The notes: generated by a model not told the origin, from the sequence alone. A DNA stretch of 64,000 nt from Fibrobacterota bacterium (GCA_003165595.1 PLWQ01000025.1:39093-103092), one strand, 5' to 3'. Counted from the first letter of the stretch, positions 8,226-18,027 are shown. A program made the numbers and translations.

Positions 8226-9482
8226 CTACTTCTTCTTTATTTGCCATTGAGAGGTCTTGGCGGTCCTCACCTGGTTGCGACCCTCTTTCTTTGCCTTGTA
8301 CAGCGCTTTGTCGGCCGCGTGAATAACGTCCATGACGCTCTGCGATACGTCTTCCCGGGAAGACACGCCGCACGAGACCTTTACCGCAAGAGTCTTGTTG
8401 CGGGTCCTTACCTTCATGGCCTCAATCGATGCGCGCACTTTTTCCACGATCGGCTCCGCATCGCGGATCGCCATTTGCGGAAAGAAGATCACCATTTCTT
8501 CGCCTCCGTAGCGGCACACCGTGCCGTCCGGCACTACTTCCCGCTGGATGGCCTGGGCCACCGCATACAGAACCTGGTCGCCCGCCTGGTGGCCATAGGT
8601 GTCGTTGACGTTCTTGAAATGATCGATGTCCACCATCGCAACGGCAAACGACGGCGAGGTATCCATGTTGCTTTGCTCCGATATAATCTTGCTGCAGTAA
8701 TCCCTGTTGTAAATGTGCAGGAGCGGATCGTAGGAAATACGATGGTCCATGCGCATAAACCATTGGACAATGACGCAAACCGTGAGATACACGGGCATCG
8801 CGGCGAATTCGGCTAGTTCCAAAGGATACACGCCGTGGCCCCACACCCGAGAGACCCAGGCAGGCGCGAAGAAGAACGCCCAGCCCGCAAGCAGTCCGCC
8901 CAGGTAGAAGTCTTTCTTGACAATCAAAGCGCTCAGGATCGCAATGCCGCCGAACAGGAGCGCGCCCGCAAAGAACCGCGCGTCCCACACCTGCGGCGCA
9001 TCAAGCGTCCGGGCCCAGCGCGTGGCATGCGGGGAAAATCGGACGATAAGCACCGCCACGCTCTCCACGGTAACCACGGCAAGGGTCATTTGCCGCACCA
9101 CCCGGTACTTGAATTCCGAGGAGAGAAACAGAATTCCGGTGCAGTTGACAAACATGAGTGCGTAAAGCACCACGGGATAACCCTCGCCCGTCCTGGGAAC
9201 CGGCGGTCCCCAGACAAACCGGAACAGCAGGAAATACGCTATGCCGAAAAGGCAGGTGAGATAGCCGGCAAGATAGACCCGCACATTGTGGACCCTCGGG
9301 TAGGAAAAATGGCCGGCGAAAAATGCGGTCAGCGAGAACGCAATACCGATCCACGGCAGGATCGTGGTGTACAGGATTCTGTTGTCGGCATACGGGTATC
9401 GAACGACGACATAGACGGCGAATCCCGCCAGCACGACTGCGCTTAAGAAGAAGCCGAGTCCCCACTCATTCTTTTTGTTCAT
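8226..9482 (-). CDS. membrane-anchored diguanylate cyclase (GGDEF domain, GGEEM variant)
   Basis: Multi-TM N-terminus. DIDHFKNVNDTYGHQAGDQVL ... RYGGEEMVIFF. ATG at 9482 is used; the track start 9524 is a TTG and remains possible. No RxxD I-site is visible upstream of GGEEM. Confidence 0.85.
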   Translation of the reverse strand: MNKKNEWGLGFFLSAVVLAGFAVYVVVRYPYADNRILYTTILPWIGIAFSLTAFFAGHFSYPRVHNVRVYLAGYLTCLFGIAYFLLFRFVWGPPVPRTGEGYPVVLYALMFVNCTGILFLSSEFKYRVVRQMTLAVVTVESVAVLIVRFSPHATRWARTLDAPQVWDARFFAGALLFGGIAILSALIVKKDFYLGGLLAGWAFFFAPAWVSRVWGHGVYPLELAEFAAMPVYLTVCVIVQWFMRMDHRISYDPLLHIYNRDYCSKIISEQSNMDTSPSFAVAMVDIDHFKNVNDTYGHQAGDQVLYAVAQAIQREVVPDGTVCRYGGEEMVIFFPQMAIRDAEPIVEKVRASIEAMKVRTRNKTLAVKVSCGVSSREDVSQSVMDVIHAADKALYKAKKEGRNQVRTAKTSQWQIKKK

Positions 9483-9586
9483 GATCCAGTGCAGATTATC
9501 GATGTCAGATTTGTTATATAGCAACTCGGCCGGACAGCCCGGCCGTTTTATTTAATGATACGTTGCCGCACTCACTATTTCCACGG

Positions 9587-10075
9587 TTACCGCGCGGCCG
9601 CAACCCTGGCGCCGTCCTTTTCGACGAATTTGTCGGCAACGCCGAAACAGTTGACCGAATGCACGCGCGTCAGGAATTCCCCCTCGGTGAGTATCTCGTG
9701 CACGGTGCCCGGAAAGACAAGAAGCTCGTCACCTGCGTCAAGCACGCAGATCCTGCCGCGCCCGACCCGCGCCTTCATGCGGCCCGCCAGGACCGTGTAA
9801 CATTCCGTTCCGCGCGCATGTTTGTGCCTGTCCTGCCGGGCGGTGTGGGTAAACGTGGATACTTCGATGCCGCCCATTCCCGTTTCGACGACCGGCGTCT
9901 TGCGCGCGGGGTGCGCGCTTTTCCAGCAGGTGGCCGTTGCCCGCGTTTCGCTCTCCGGGCGCAGGGCAATTGCCGTTACCTTCCGGCCGTTGTTGCCCGG
10001 ACGCCGCACCTTGTCGTCGGACGCGGCATCCTTCAACCGTACGATAAGATAGGGCGATGCGTGTGCTTTTCTCAT
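9587..10075 (-). CDS. cupin-domain protein
   Basis: Start trimmed to the ATG at 10075, which forms an ATGA overlap with the stop of the upstream gene (10072); this gives 162 aa. The C-terminal half (HKHARGTECYTVLAGRM...VFPGTVHEI) is cupin-like. Confidence 0.6.
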   Translation of the reverse strand: MRKAHASPYLIVRLKDAASDDKVRRPGNNGRKVTAIALRPESETRATATCWKSAHPARKTPVVETGMGGIEVSTFTHTARQDRHKHARGTECYTVLAGRMKARVGRGRICVLDAGDELLVFPGTVHEILTEGEFLTRVHSVNCFGVADKFVEKDGARVAAAR

Positions 10076-11145
10076 AACGCGCCAAACCTTTCCGGTGCGG
10101 AGAAAAGCCCTGCGCTCACCTGTCCGTCTCTCCCCGCCGCCACCACGAGCACCGAGGACGCGGGGCCCTTTGCTTGCGGTTCGAACAGCGGGGCGATCTC
10201 CGGGTGGATCGGAAACGCCGGATAGCGCGCGCCGTTGGCCACCATGTCGCATGCGACTAGGCAGGACAGCATAGCGCCGAGGCCGAAGGTCTCGCCAAAC
10301 AGGGGCTTTGTAAACAGAATCGCCGGTTTTTCGCCTCCTGCGGTCGCAATGCGATGCAGGGCCGCAAGTTCGTATCCGTCATGCGGCCCGGCTGAGGCGC
10401 AGGAGATCACCGCATCCGCGCCGCCCCGGTATTCATCGAGGTCGACCGGCGCAAACAGGCACAGGGGTTTCTTGTCCGTAAAGGTTGAAAGGGGCTCCAA
10501 CACAAAGAATGCACTGCCCTCGCTGACGCCCAGGCCGGTTCCCTGGCCGGGATGCGGCCAGGGCAAGTGGCCGGGTGCCGCACTGCCGAGCCAGCCGCAA
10601 GCCTTGTATGCATCGTGCACTACAGGCGCATATTCTTCCGACGATCCGGCAAGGCACGCTTCGTAGTGCGAAGCACTAATCGCCCGGGCACAATACGAAA
10701 GCACGTTGCACCCGTTGTTCTCATACCCCATAATAGTTGTGCCGCCGTACGTCATCTTGAGCAGTGCCGAAATCGAGGACAGCGGTGCGTTGGTGACGCC
10801 GTTGGAAAAACTGTTCGGCGACGCCATGTCGGGACCATAATCGAACAGGAAGTCGTGAAATTCGACCATGTGCGTGGTCGGCCCGTGCGTAAGGCCGACA
10901 AACAAACCTGTACGGTCCGAATAGCGGTTGGCGGCAGCCATGGCCCGGCGCGCCGCGAACAGGGAGAACTTGGTGAGCTTTGACATGCGCCGCATGTCGT
11001 TTTTCGCAACGCCCTCTACGGGCGGCACGGTATCCACCAGGTTCACCGAGCCCGGAAGGGGCCGGCGGATCGTTCGAAGAGACGAGAGCTCGGTTCCCCA
11101 CGGCCCGATAAGGCCCACTCCCGAAATGCCCACGGTTTCGTTCAT
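10072..11145 (-). CDS. beta-ketoacyl-synthase-like protein, apparently non-catalytic partner (CLF-like)
   Basis: 357 aa with thiolase-fold KS similarity. Where the adjacent KS has HGTAT and GHTLGGAG, this protein reads SCASAGP and GETFGLGA, so both catalytic His appear lost. 4-nt overlaps on both sides. Confidence 0.7.
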   Translation of the reverse strand: MNETVGISGVGLIGPWGTELSSLRTIRRPLPGSVNLVDTVPPVEGVAKNDMRRMSKLTKFSLFAARRAMAAANRYSDRTGLFVGLTHGPTTHMVEFHDFLFDYGPDMASPNSFSNGVTNAPLSSISALLKMTYGGTTIMGYENNGCNVLSYCARAISASHYEACLAGSSEEYAPVVHDAYKACGWLGSAAPGHLPWPHPGQGTGLGVSEGSAFFVLEPLSTFTDKKPLCLFAPVDLDEYRGGADAVISCASAGPHDGYELAALHRIATAGGEKPAILFTKPLFGETFGLGAMLSCLVACDMVANGARYPAFPIHPEIAPLFEPQAKGPASSVLVVAAGRDGQVSAGLFSAPERFGAL

Positions 11146-12338
11146 AGCGGGGCCTTCTCAAACAGCAAGCAGGCGACTTCTCCCCCGAATCCCAGTGACG
11201 TGGTCGCCGCGCGGGCAATACGGCGCGCGCGCGGCGTGGCGGAAATGGACAGTTCCGCAAACTGCGGGTCCAGGGTCTGGTGATTCAGCGTTGGCGGCAC
11301 GATGCCGGCCGAAAGCGACAGAACGGCAAACACCGCGCTTATGGCGCCCGCGCCGCCAAGCGTGTGGCCGGTCATTGATTTTGTGGAACAAACCGGAAGG
11401 TCGGCGAGACGTGAGCCGAACACGGCCTTCACGGCGTTGTATTCCGAGAGATCGTTGAACACCGTGGCCGTGCCGTGCAGGTGCACGTGGTCCAGCGAGT
11501 TGGCCGGCCACGAGGCGCTATCGATTGCCTTCAGGAGCGCCGCCGAGATGCCGCTTCCGTCGGGGTTCGACTTCGTGTGGTGAAAAGCTTCGAGCGCTTC
11601 GCCGAACCCATTGACATATGCAAGCGTCTTTGCACCCCGGACCCGGGCGCTCTCGGCGTTCTCCAGAACGAGCGCGGCAGCTCCCTCGCCGAGATTGAGC
11701 CCGTCGCGGGCGGCGTCGAACGGCTTGCACGGGTTTCTCGACAGCAGGCGAAGCGAGTTGAATCCGGCCGCAAGGAAGGGGCACAGCGCTTCCGCGCCGC
11801 CCGCGCATATCATTGACGACCTGCCGTCCTGAATCATTCTGAAGGCGTGACCGATGGCGGTGGTTCCCGAGGCACACGCCGACGACAGGGTAAGGCGCCG
11901 CCCGGTAAGGCGGTTCTCGGAAGCCGCGAAATCGGCAACTGCGCTCGGCAGGAACCCGGCGACAAGGTTGCGATCGGGCGTCCCGCCGGATCTTTTCTGT
12001 TTGTAAAAGAGGGTGCCGCCGTGGAAGTTGCCGGCCGTGGTGCCGACAATCACGTCCGCCCCGCAGCCGCCCCGTATGCCTGCCTGGCCAAGCGCTTCCT
12101 TGCACGCCATGTCGAACAGCAGACTTGCCCTGTTGGCGGCGGTTTCCTCAATGGTGTGCGGGAGAACGTCGTGCGGCACCATGCCGCAGATGAATTCCCT
12201 TTTGTCCTTTTCCTCAAAGAGCATTTGCGGCGCAAGGCCGGAACGCGCATTTACAAGAGCGTCAAGATGGGCCCGGACCCCCGCTCCCAGAGCGGAGACA
12301 ATTCCCATGCCGGTGATACAAACGTCATTGTTATTCAT
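11142..12338 (-). CDS. beta-ketoacyl-ACP synthase II-like (FabF-type elongating ketosynthase)
   Basis: 398 aa. Complete Cys-His-His set: LSSACASGTTAIGHA, HLHGTATVFND, STKSMTGHTLGGAG. Confidence 0.9.
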   Translation of the reverse strand: MNNNDVCITGMGIVSALGAGVRAHLDALVNARSGLAPQMLFEEKDKREFICGMVPHDVLPHTIEETAANRASLLFDMACKEALGQAGIRGGCGADVIVGTTAGNFHGGTLFYKQKRSGGTPDRNLVAGFLPSAVADFAASENRLTGRRLTLSSACASGTTAIGHAFRMIQDGRSSMICAGGAEALCPFLAAGFNSLRLLSRNPCKPFDAARDGLNLGEGAAALVLENAESARVRGAKTLAYVNGFGEALEAFHHTKSNPDGSGISAALLKAIDSASWPANSLDHVHLHGTATVFNDLSEYNAVKAVFGSRLADLPVCSTKSMTGHTLGGAGAISAVFAVLSLSAGIVPPTLNHQTLDPQFAELSISATPRARRIARAATTSLGFGGEVACLLFEKAPL

Positions 12339-12369
12339 TCATTTGCTTTATTGATACGAAATGGGCGTT

Positions 12370-12413
12370 CCCCCTTTGCAGGGACGCGTTGCACTGCGCC
12401 CCTGCAAAGGGGG
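12370..12413. repeat. perfect 14-bp stem / 16-nt loop GC-rich hairpin (CCCCCTTTGCAGGG ... CCCTGCAAAGGGGG)
   Basis: Arms at 12370-12383 and 12400-12413 are exact reverse complements. It lies in the 411-nt gap between the radical SAM gene and the KS gene. Confidence 0.6.
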
Positions 12414-12621
12414 CGGCCGTCCTTCCGGTCTCGGCCGTTGGCCTCGGGCCGCCTCGGCCCTATGCCGCTGACGCGGCGGGTCCGGGCAGCACCCCGCTCT
12501 CGCGTGGCCTCCAGTCCTGCCCAACGCGCGGCAGTGGGAATTCATTCGGTCAGATTGCATTTTTGCGCCAGCGGGAATCTCAAAGCAATCCATCATCTTT
12601 CCTGGTTTTTACTTTTCAGGA

Positions 12622-12647
12622 GATTGCTTCGCTACCCTCGCAATGAC
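12622..12647. repeat. GATTGCTTCGC...CTCGCAATGAC repeat unit (same family as 46548-46573)
   Basis: The 26-mer differs at 3 positions from the reverse complement of 46548-46573. Confidence 0.5.
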
Positions 12648-12749
12648 GCTTTCCCGTCTTCAACCCGCAATCCGCAATCATCAGTCCACAATTCTCCGTG
12701 GGTGCCCCCCAACGGGCGGATGGATCTTGCAATTGTTTCCTCAAGGGGG

Positions 12750-14021
12750 CTACCCATGAGGGGGTAGCGGAAGACCGGCGTTTTCGCCGGGCTGGAGCGA
12801 GGGGGAAACTTCCCCCGCCATATTTGCATCTTTTCTCTCCATTATCCTTTTTAGCAGCTTATACATCTTATAACGTTGCGGCTCGCGCTTGTAAAACGTA
12901 TTCCACGCATACTCGTACAGTTCCTGCAGCTTGTCGGGCGACATGTGCTTCGGTTTGAACACCACCTCGCCCGCGGTGTAGCGTGAGAGATCACCGGACA
13001 GGATGCGGCCTTCGCTTTCGAGCTGCTGGCGGATCGGGGTGTGCGCAAACGGCGTGAGCACGGTAAATTCCGCAAGGTCAAGGTCGATCTCCATGAGAAA
13101 GTCCACGAGACGCTTGATAAAGTCTTCGGTGTGGTCGTCGGTGCCGAGGATAATGGTGCCTTCCACGCCGATGCCGAAATTCTTGTAGCGGGCGATTCGT
13201 TTGCGGATGAAATCCGATGTGTCGAAAACCGCCTGATACACGTACCATGCGCCTGCCTGCGCCGCCTTTTCGAGCACCTCAATATCGTCCTCAATCGGAT
13301 GGCAGCACCAATGTTTCTTGAACGGAATCATTGCCGTGAACAAGTCGAGCTCCCATTGCTTGTTTTGGGCCAGGGAGTTGTCCACGACAAAGAGGCGGTC
13401 GTTGTCTATGGTCGCCAGCTCTTCAACCACTTTGTCAATAGGCCGGGGACGGAAGTTTCGCCCGCCGAGATAGGGCGTGCAGCAGGGAAAACAGTTGAAC
13501 CTGCACCCGCGTGACGCGTGAAACAGGTCCACCATGCGGGTGCCCTTGTACTCGTATTTTTCGTGTTTGAGTATGGATCGCCGGGCCGGACCAACCAGTT
13601 TGATATCGGGAAAGTTCTGGAGATAGTCGTATTCGGGCTTGAGCGCGTTATTCTTGATATCGAGGAAGACCTGTTCCAGCCGCCCCTCGGCCTCGCCGAG
13701 AAACACGCTGTCGGCATGGCGTTTGACGTCTTCGGCATGCAGCATGGTTGCGATCCCGCCGAAAATAACGGGAATGCTTTGGGCGCGGAACTCCCGCGCA
13801 ATTTCAAACGCGCGCGGCAATTGACACGTGAGCATTGTGGAAAGGCCTACCGCGTCCCAGGACCCGTGAAACGGGATACTGTCGACGTTTTCGTCGGCAA
13901 ACGTCACGGTAACCCACGAAGGAATCGCCGCGGCCATCACAACCGGCCCGTGCGGCGGCAAATGGAATTCGGTCTGGAATTGAAGTTTTGGCCAGGCAGG
14001 ATAGACAAGAAGGAAGTTCAC
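12750..14021 (-). CDS. B12-binding-domain (class B) radical SAM protein
   Basis: 423 aa. N-terminal Rossmann-like region (LLVYPAW...VGLSTMLTCQ...IPVIFGGI) followed by the CxxxCxxC cluster motif RGCRFNCFPC. Confidence 0.85.
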   Translation of the reverse strand: MNFLLVYPAWPKLQFQTEFHLPPHGPVVMAAAIPSWVTVTFADENVDSIPFHGSWDAVGLSTMLTCQLPRAFEIAREFRAQSIPVIFGGIATMLHAEDVKRHADSVFLGEAEGRLEQVFLDIKNNALKPEYDYLQNFPDIKLVGPARRSILKHEKYEYKGTRMVDLFHASRGCRFNCFPCCTPYLGGRNFRPRPIDKVVEELATIDNDRLFVVDNSLAQNKQWELDLFTAMIPFKKHWCCHPIEDDIEVLEKAAQAGAWYVYQAVFDTSDFIRKRIARYKNFGIGVEGTIILGTDDHTEDFIKRLVDFLMEIDLDLAEFTVLTPFAHTPIRQQLESEGRILSGDLSRYTAGEVVFKPKHMSPDKLQELYEYAWNTFYKREPQRYKMYKLLKRIMERKDANMAGEVSPSLQPGENAGLPLPPHG

Positions 14022-14039
14022 TCTTGAGCCTTTCGTGCA

Positions 14040-17000
14040 CTAGAAACCGACGGAGAAGTTGACTCCGACGTTGTTTCTGAGGATGTCCCAGGATGCCGTT
14101 GCCGACAGCAGCCGTGAAAATTCGTACGATTTGTAGAATCCGAGACGTGCCCCCACCGACAGCACATGCGAAACATAGACATGGTTTTGAACGGCCGGAT
14201 CGTCAACGCTGTCGCTGGTGAATGCCTTCCGGTAGTTGTCGTTTGCAAAGCCGGTCCTGTTGGTGTAGAACGAAAGGTTATACCCGATTTGGCCATACAG
14301 GGCGTCTGCGTAGGCGGGGCCGGCGTTGATTTGTCGCCATAGCGGGAACACGAAGGTTCCACCCGCGCTCAGGTTGACAAATTCCGACGAAAGTCCCTTG
14401 AGAAGGCCGCGCGGATCGGTAAAATTGTTGCCGGACAGCTTTGTATAATAGTCGTCCGTGCTGAGGATAAACGACGAGTGCGTGGTAAGCGGAAACCCAT
14501 GGAGGGCCTGCAGCTCAACGGTTGTTGCCGTGGACCTCGGATATTGTGTGTTTGCCGTGTCGACCGAATCGACGCTTCCGAAGAAATCGGGGGTCACGGA
14601 CAATTCGGCCTGCGTCACACCCGACATATTGTACGATATGTCCACGTTTACGTAGTTGTAGGTGAACCAGATCGCGTACAAGGGAATCTTTACTTCGGAG
14701 AGCGGAAATGACATGGTATAGACATCGATCTGGGGCGCAATGCCGAAAGACCAGTCTCTGGCCGCCTGCCAGGACGCTTCGCCGGCCACCGACAGGGTGG
14801 CGGGTATCATGTACGCCACGGCCATCTGGGCGTCCAGTGTGAATGTCACCGGGGTCATGCTGTTCTGAATACCCAGAGACGGGTAGAGTACCGGCACCCA
14901 ATCGATGCTCGGCCCGGACGACGAGGAAGATGAAGAGTCCGCCTGCGTCGAGGCCCTTTTCAAAAGCGAGGTTCCGCGCATCATGCTGAGCATATGTTCG
15001 GCCAGCCCGGCGTCATGAGCCAAAGGAGCGCCGGAAAGTTCACGCAGCTTTCGATCTGTAAATGAGGTAAACTCGTCACGCTGCGACAGATTCGGGCTGC
15101 GCATCGCCCTGCGCATGGCAACCGTGTCGGGCCTCGTGCTGTCGGCGACAGCGGTTCCCTGGTGAATAATGCCGGCCATCACGCCCATCGCCATCTCCTT
15201 TTTATCAAGAGCATCCGTGCGACTCATTTGGATGCCGGTCCCGAAGATAATGGGCGCCGTGTCGCTCCATGCGGCAAAACGGTTGTTGCGGATGGCGTCA
15301 AGAACCGTGCCTGTCTGGTCGGTAACCGACAGGAAGCTCTGCAGCTCCCATATCGGGCGCAAGAGCCTTGCCTCGTAGCGCCGGTTTTTTATGGTGACTT
15401 CGCCCCTGGGCCTGGGATCGTCCGAAAACGAGCAGGCGTACGATTGCGGCACCGCATACGGCGCTCCCGCGCCGGGGTCGCAGGTGACAATGGAAAATGA
15501 CTGTCGGTTGAACCGTGCGCACAGGAGCTTTCCGCTGTTGTCAAGGAACGGCTCGAACATCCCGCCGGCCGTGCTGGTGTGCCGCCGCAGGTCGCTGCCG
15601 TCGGGACGCATCGAGTAGATGTTGAAGACGTTGTCGAAATCCGCATCAAAGTAAATGCGCCCGTCTTTTCCCCAGCGGGGAGATTCCTGCTGCCCGAAAT
15701 CCGGGCCAATCATCCTGATGGTTTTGCTTGTGAGTCCGATGATGCAGATGCGGCCCCTGCCGTTTATGAGCCTGCTCGTTACAATCTTGTATTCCGGCTG
15801 TTCTGCCGGCGGTGCAACCGCGGGTTGCCGGGCAACGGCAAGCGAATCCTTTTTCGCCGTGTCCGCCTGAGCGGAATCGGCCGAAAGGGGCTTGGCTGCG
15901 GTATCTTTTGCCGGCGCGGCCGGAGAAAGCGATATCTTCTCGGGCGAAAACGAAAGTCCCGCAAACGGCTGACCCACGCTGCCGGCCGCCAGCGGCGCGA
16001 GGTCCCTTCCGTCAAGGCCGGCGGTCTCCAGGGAAAAAACGCCGTTTGCGAATCGCACGCAGGCGATCCCGCGGTTGTCGGGCGATACCGCCACATCATA
16101 GAATCGTGCATTGCGGGTGAGGCGGCGCTGACCGCCGGTGGCCAGGTCCAGGCTGTACAGGTCGTTGTATTGCGATCCGTTATCGGCCAAATCCCTTGAC
16201 TTAAGGAAATACGCTCGCCTTGAATCGGGCGTAAAATCCCACGACGTGAGGGCCCATTGCGCCACGAACGCAGGCTCCCGCTTTCCATAGGGCGCGATCA
16301 CCAGGTCGGTGCGGTCGGATTCGTCATTCGCGCTGGTGAGCCATCCCCACCATTTCCCGTCGGCCGAGGCCTTCGGCAGGTGGTTGTATATGCCCTTGTC
16401 CCACACAGGAACGGTTTGCGTGGGACTGGCCGGAACGCGCGCGCGCGCGGCAGTTGTGACGCTGTCGAGCCACACCTGGTACAAATCTTCCAGGCGTTGG
16501 CCGGTCTGCTCGGCAAAGTAGGAGCGGAAGTTCCTCATGAACAGCGACGAGCCTCGCGCGTCGTTCCAGATCCGGACCATGGCCGGCGTTCCGATCCTCG
16601 ACTCGATGAACTTGAGGAACGAAAATCCTTGATTGTAAACGAGTTCGTCGCCGAGGCTCGTATGGTTGAAATATCCCATTTCATCAAGGCTGAACTGCCG
16701 CCCGCACAGCACCGCGTCGGTGAGGAGCATGTCGCGCCGCGAGTCCCAGCAATCGTTTCCGCGGCGGGCAGACTCGAGCTGTGCCGCGCCCTCGGCCAGC
16801 CAGTTGGGCCAGAACCTGGTGGTGGCGAACGGCTCGGCAAGCGACACGCCGACCGACGGCGACTGGTAGTCGACCTCGAATGTCCAGTCGAACAGTTGCA
16901 TCTTCGATTTCTTTTCGAGTGTAACGATATGCGACAGTTCGTGAGTTATCACGTTGCGCAGCCAGGTGTTGTTGCCGCGCAGGTCGAACCGCGCGTCGGT

Positions 17001-17297
17001 GACCCAGATGATGATGCTCCCGTTTGTCCAGTCGGTGGAGCCGTTCGAATAGTCGTCGTAGTCGGCGAGCGCAATGTTGATCTTCTCGCGTTCGTTGTAG
17101 TCGTACAATTCAGACAGCGCAGCGTACGATTCTTCGGCGATCTTCCAGGTTGCGTAGACCGCGGGTTCGGTACGGTCGTAATAGTGAATAATGAAATGAG
17201 ACGTGGTGACGCTTTGCCACTTTATTTCCGGATGGTTGAACGCGCACACGAGACTCGGCAGCAGGAGCGCAAACGCCAGGGATACTCTTGTCTTCAT
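14040..17297 (-). CDS. secreted multidomain outer-membrane protein: HExxH metallopeptidase-like head, PD40/TolB-like beta-propeller repeats, C-terminal beta-barrel-like region
   Basis: 1085 aa. Signal peptide MKTRVSLAFALLLPSLVCA, then ITHELSH. PD40-like repeats (DLYSLDLATGGQRRLT, VSPDNRGIACV, NIYSMRPDGSDLRRHT). Ser-rich linker, alternating-hydrophobic C-terminal third ending ...GVNFSVGF (terminal Phe). Confidence 0.7.
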   Translation of the reverse strand: MKTRVSLAFALLLPSLVCAFNHPEIKWQSVTTSHFIIHYYDRTEPAVYATWKIAEESYAALSELYDYNEREKINIALADYDDYSNGSTDWTNGSIIIWVTDARFDLRGNNTWLRNVITHELSHIVTLEKKSKMQLFDWTFEVDYQSPSVGVSLAEPFATTRFWPNWLAEGAAQLESARRGNDCWDSRRDMLLTDAVLCGRQFSLDEMGYFNHTSLGDELVYNQGFSFLKFIESRIGTPAMVRIWNDARGSSLFMRNFRSYFAEQTGQRLEDLYQVWLDSVTTAARARVPASPTQTVPVWDKGIYNHLPKASADGKWWGWLTSANDESDRTDLVIAPYGKREPAFVAQWALTSWDFTPDSRRAYFLKSRDLADNGSQYNDLYSLDLATGGQRRLTRNARFYDVAVSPDNRGIACVRFANGVFSLETAGLDGRDLAPLAAGSVGQPFAGLSFSPEKISLSPAAPAKDTAAKPLSADSAQADTAKKDSLAVARQPAVAPPAEQPEYKIVTSRLINGRGRICIIGLTSKTIRMIGPDFGQQESPRWGKDGRIYFDADFDNVFNIYSMRPDGSDLRRHTSTAGGMFEPFLDNSGKLLCARFNRQSFSIVTCDPGAGAPYAVPQSYACSFSDDPRPRGEVTIKNRRYEARLLRPIWELQSFLSVTDQTGTVLDAIRNNRFAAWSDTAPIIFGTGIQMSRTDALDKKEMAMGVMAGIIHQGTAVADSTRPDTVAMRRAMRSPNLSQRDEFTSFTDRKLRELSGAPLAHDAGLAEHMLSMMRGTSLLKRASTQADSSSSSSSGPSIDWVPVLYPSLGIQNSMTPVTFTLDAQMAVAYMIPATLSVAGEASWQAARDWSFGIAPQIDVYTMSFPLSEVKIPLYAIWFTYNYVNVDISYNMSGVTQAELSVTPDFFGSVDSVDTANTQYPRSTATTVELQALHGFPLTTHSSFILSTDDYYTKLSGNNFTDPRGLLKGLSSEFVNLSAGGTFVFPLWRQINAGPAYADALYGQIGYNLSFYTNRTGFANDNYRKAFTSDSVDDPAVQNHVYVSHVLSVGARLGFYKSYEFSRLLSATASWDILRNNVGVNFSVGF

Positions 17298-18027
17298 CGG
17301 CTTCTCGCTTTCAAAGTGAAGAACCTCGCAGCATCACGACTACGACTGCATACAGCACCACAGGAGTAGACGCGACTGTGAACCTGCCGGGTTAGCAAAC
17401 TTTGGGATTGACGGCCGCCTTACTTCCGTATATGCAAGCAGGGATTTCTCCCATGAGACTTGCGCAATAACAACGGACCCTTGAAGATACAAGAGGGGCG
17501 GGGGAAATGCAAAATCCTGGTGATGCAAAGGGTGGGATACGAAATAGTGTATCTGGGTTTGGACTATGATTTGGGTGGGGGAAGTTGAGGTTGTCTCGTA
17601 ACCTCCTTAAATCTGGGCGCCTGCCTTGCGGCACCGGTTCTTTGTTCATGCTTCGCGTCCGGCTCAGCACCCTTCGGGCGCACTTCGTGCGTGGTCTCCG
17701 CACATCCTGTGCTCCGGCTCTTCAGGCACGGCTAATCGCCTCGGTGCCGGTCCGCCCTATGCCGGGAGACGCAGCACGCTACGTCCTCTACCGGCCGGGC
17801 CGGCCGGCACTGTGCCTTGGCACACCTTCCGTCGCCCCTGGCGCAAGATACTCCCCCGTCCTCTCTCATGTAAACTGTAACAACCCGTGTCTTCCTGACG
17901 CCGTAGAATGCGGAAACTTTGCCCAAGATTTCTCTTCTAGCAATTCTCCGTATATTGCTGCAAAAAACGAAAAATCAATTTGTTAGCAATCGCCAAGATA
18001 TAGATATGAAAAAAATCAATAAAAGTA

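Noticed and set aside
17585-17986. 133-aa ORF and its antisense partners in the 17298-18086 gap. Similar ORFs lie at 12348-12767 and 19588-19844.
   Set aside because: - They have low-complexity Arg/Ala/Pro composition and no RBS.
- ORFs are open on both strands at once, as expected for very GC-rich non-coding DNA.
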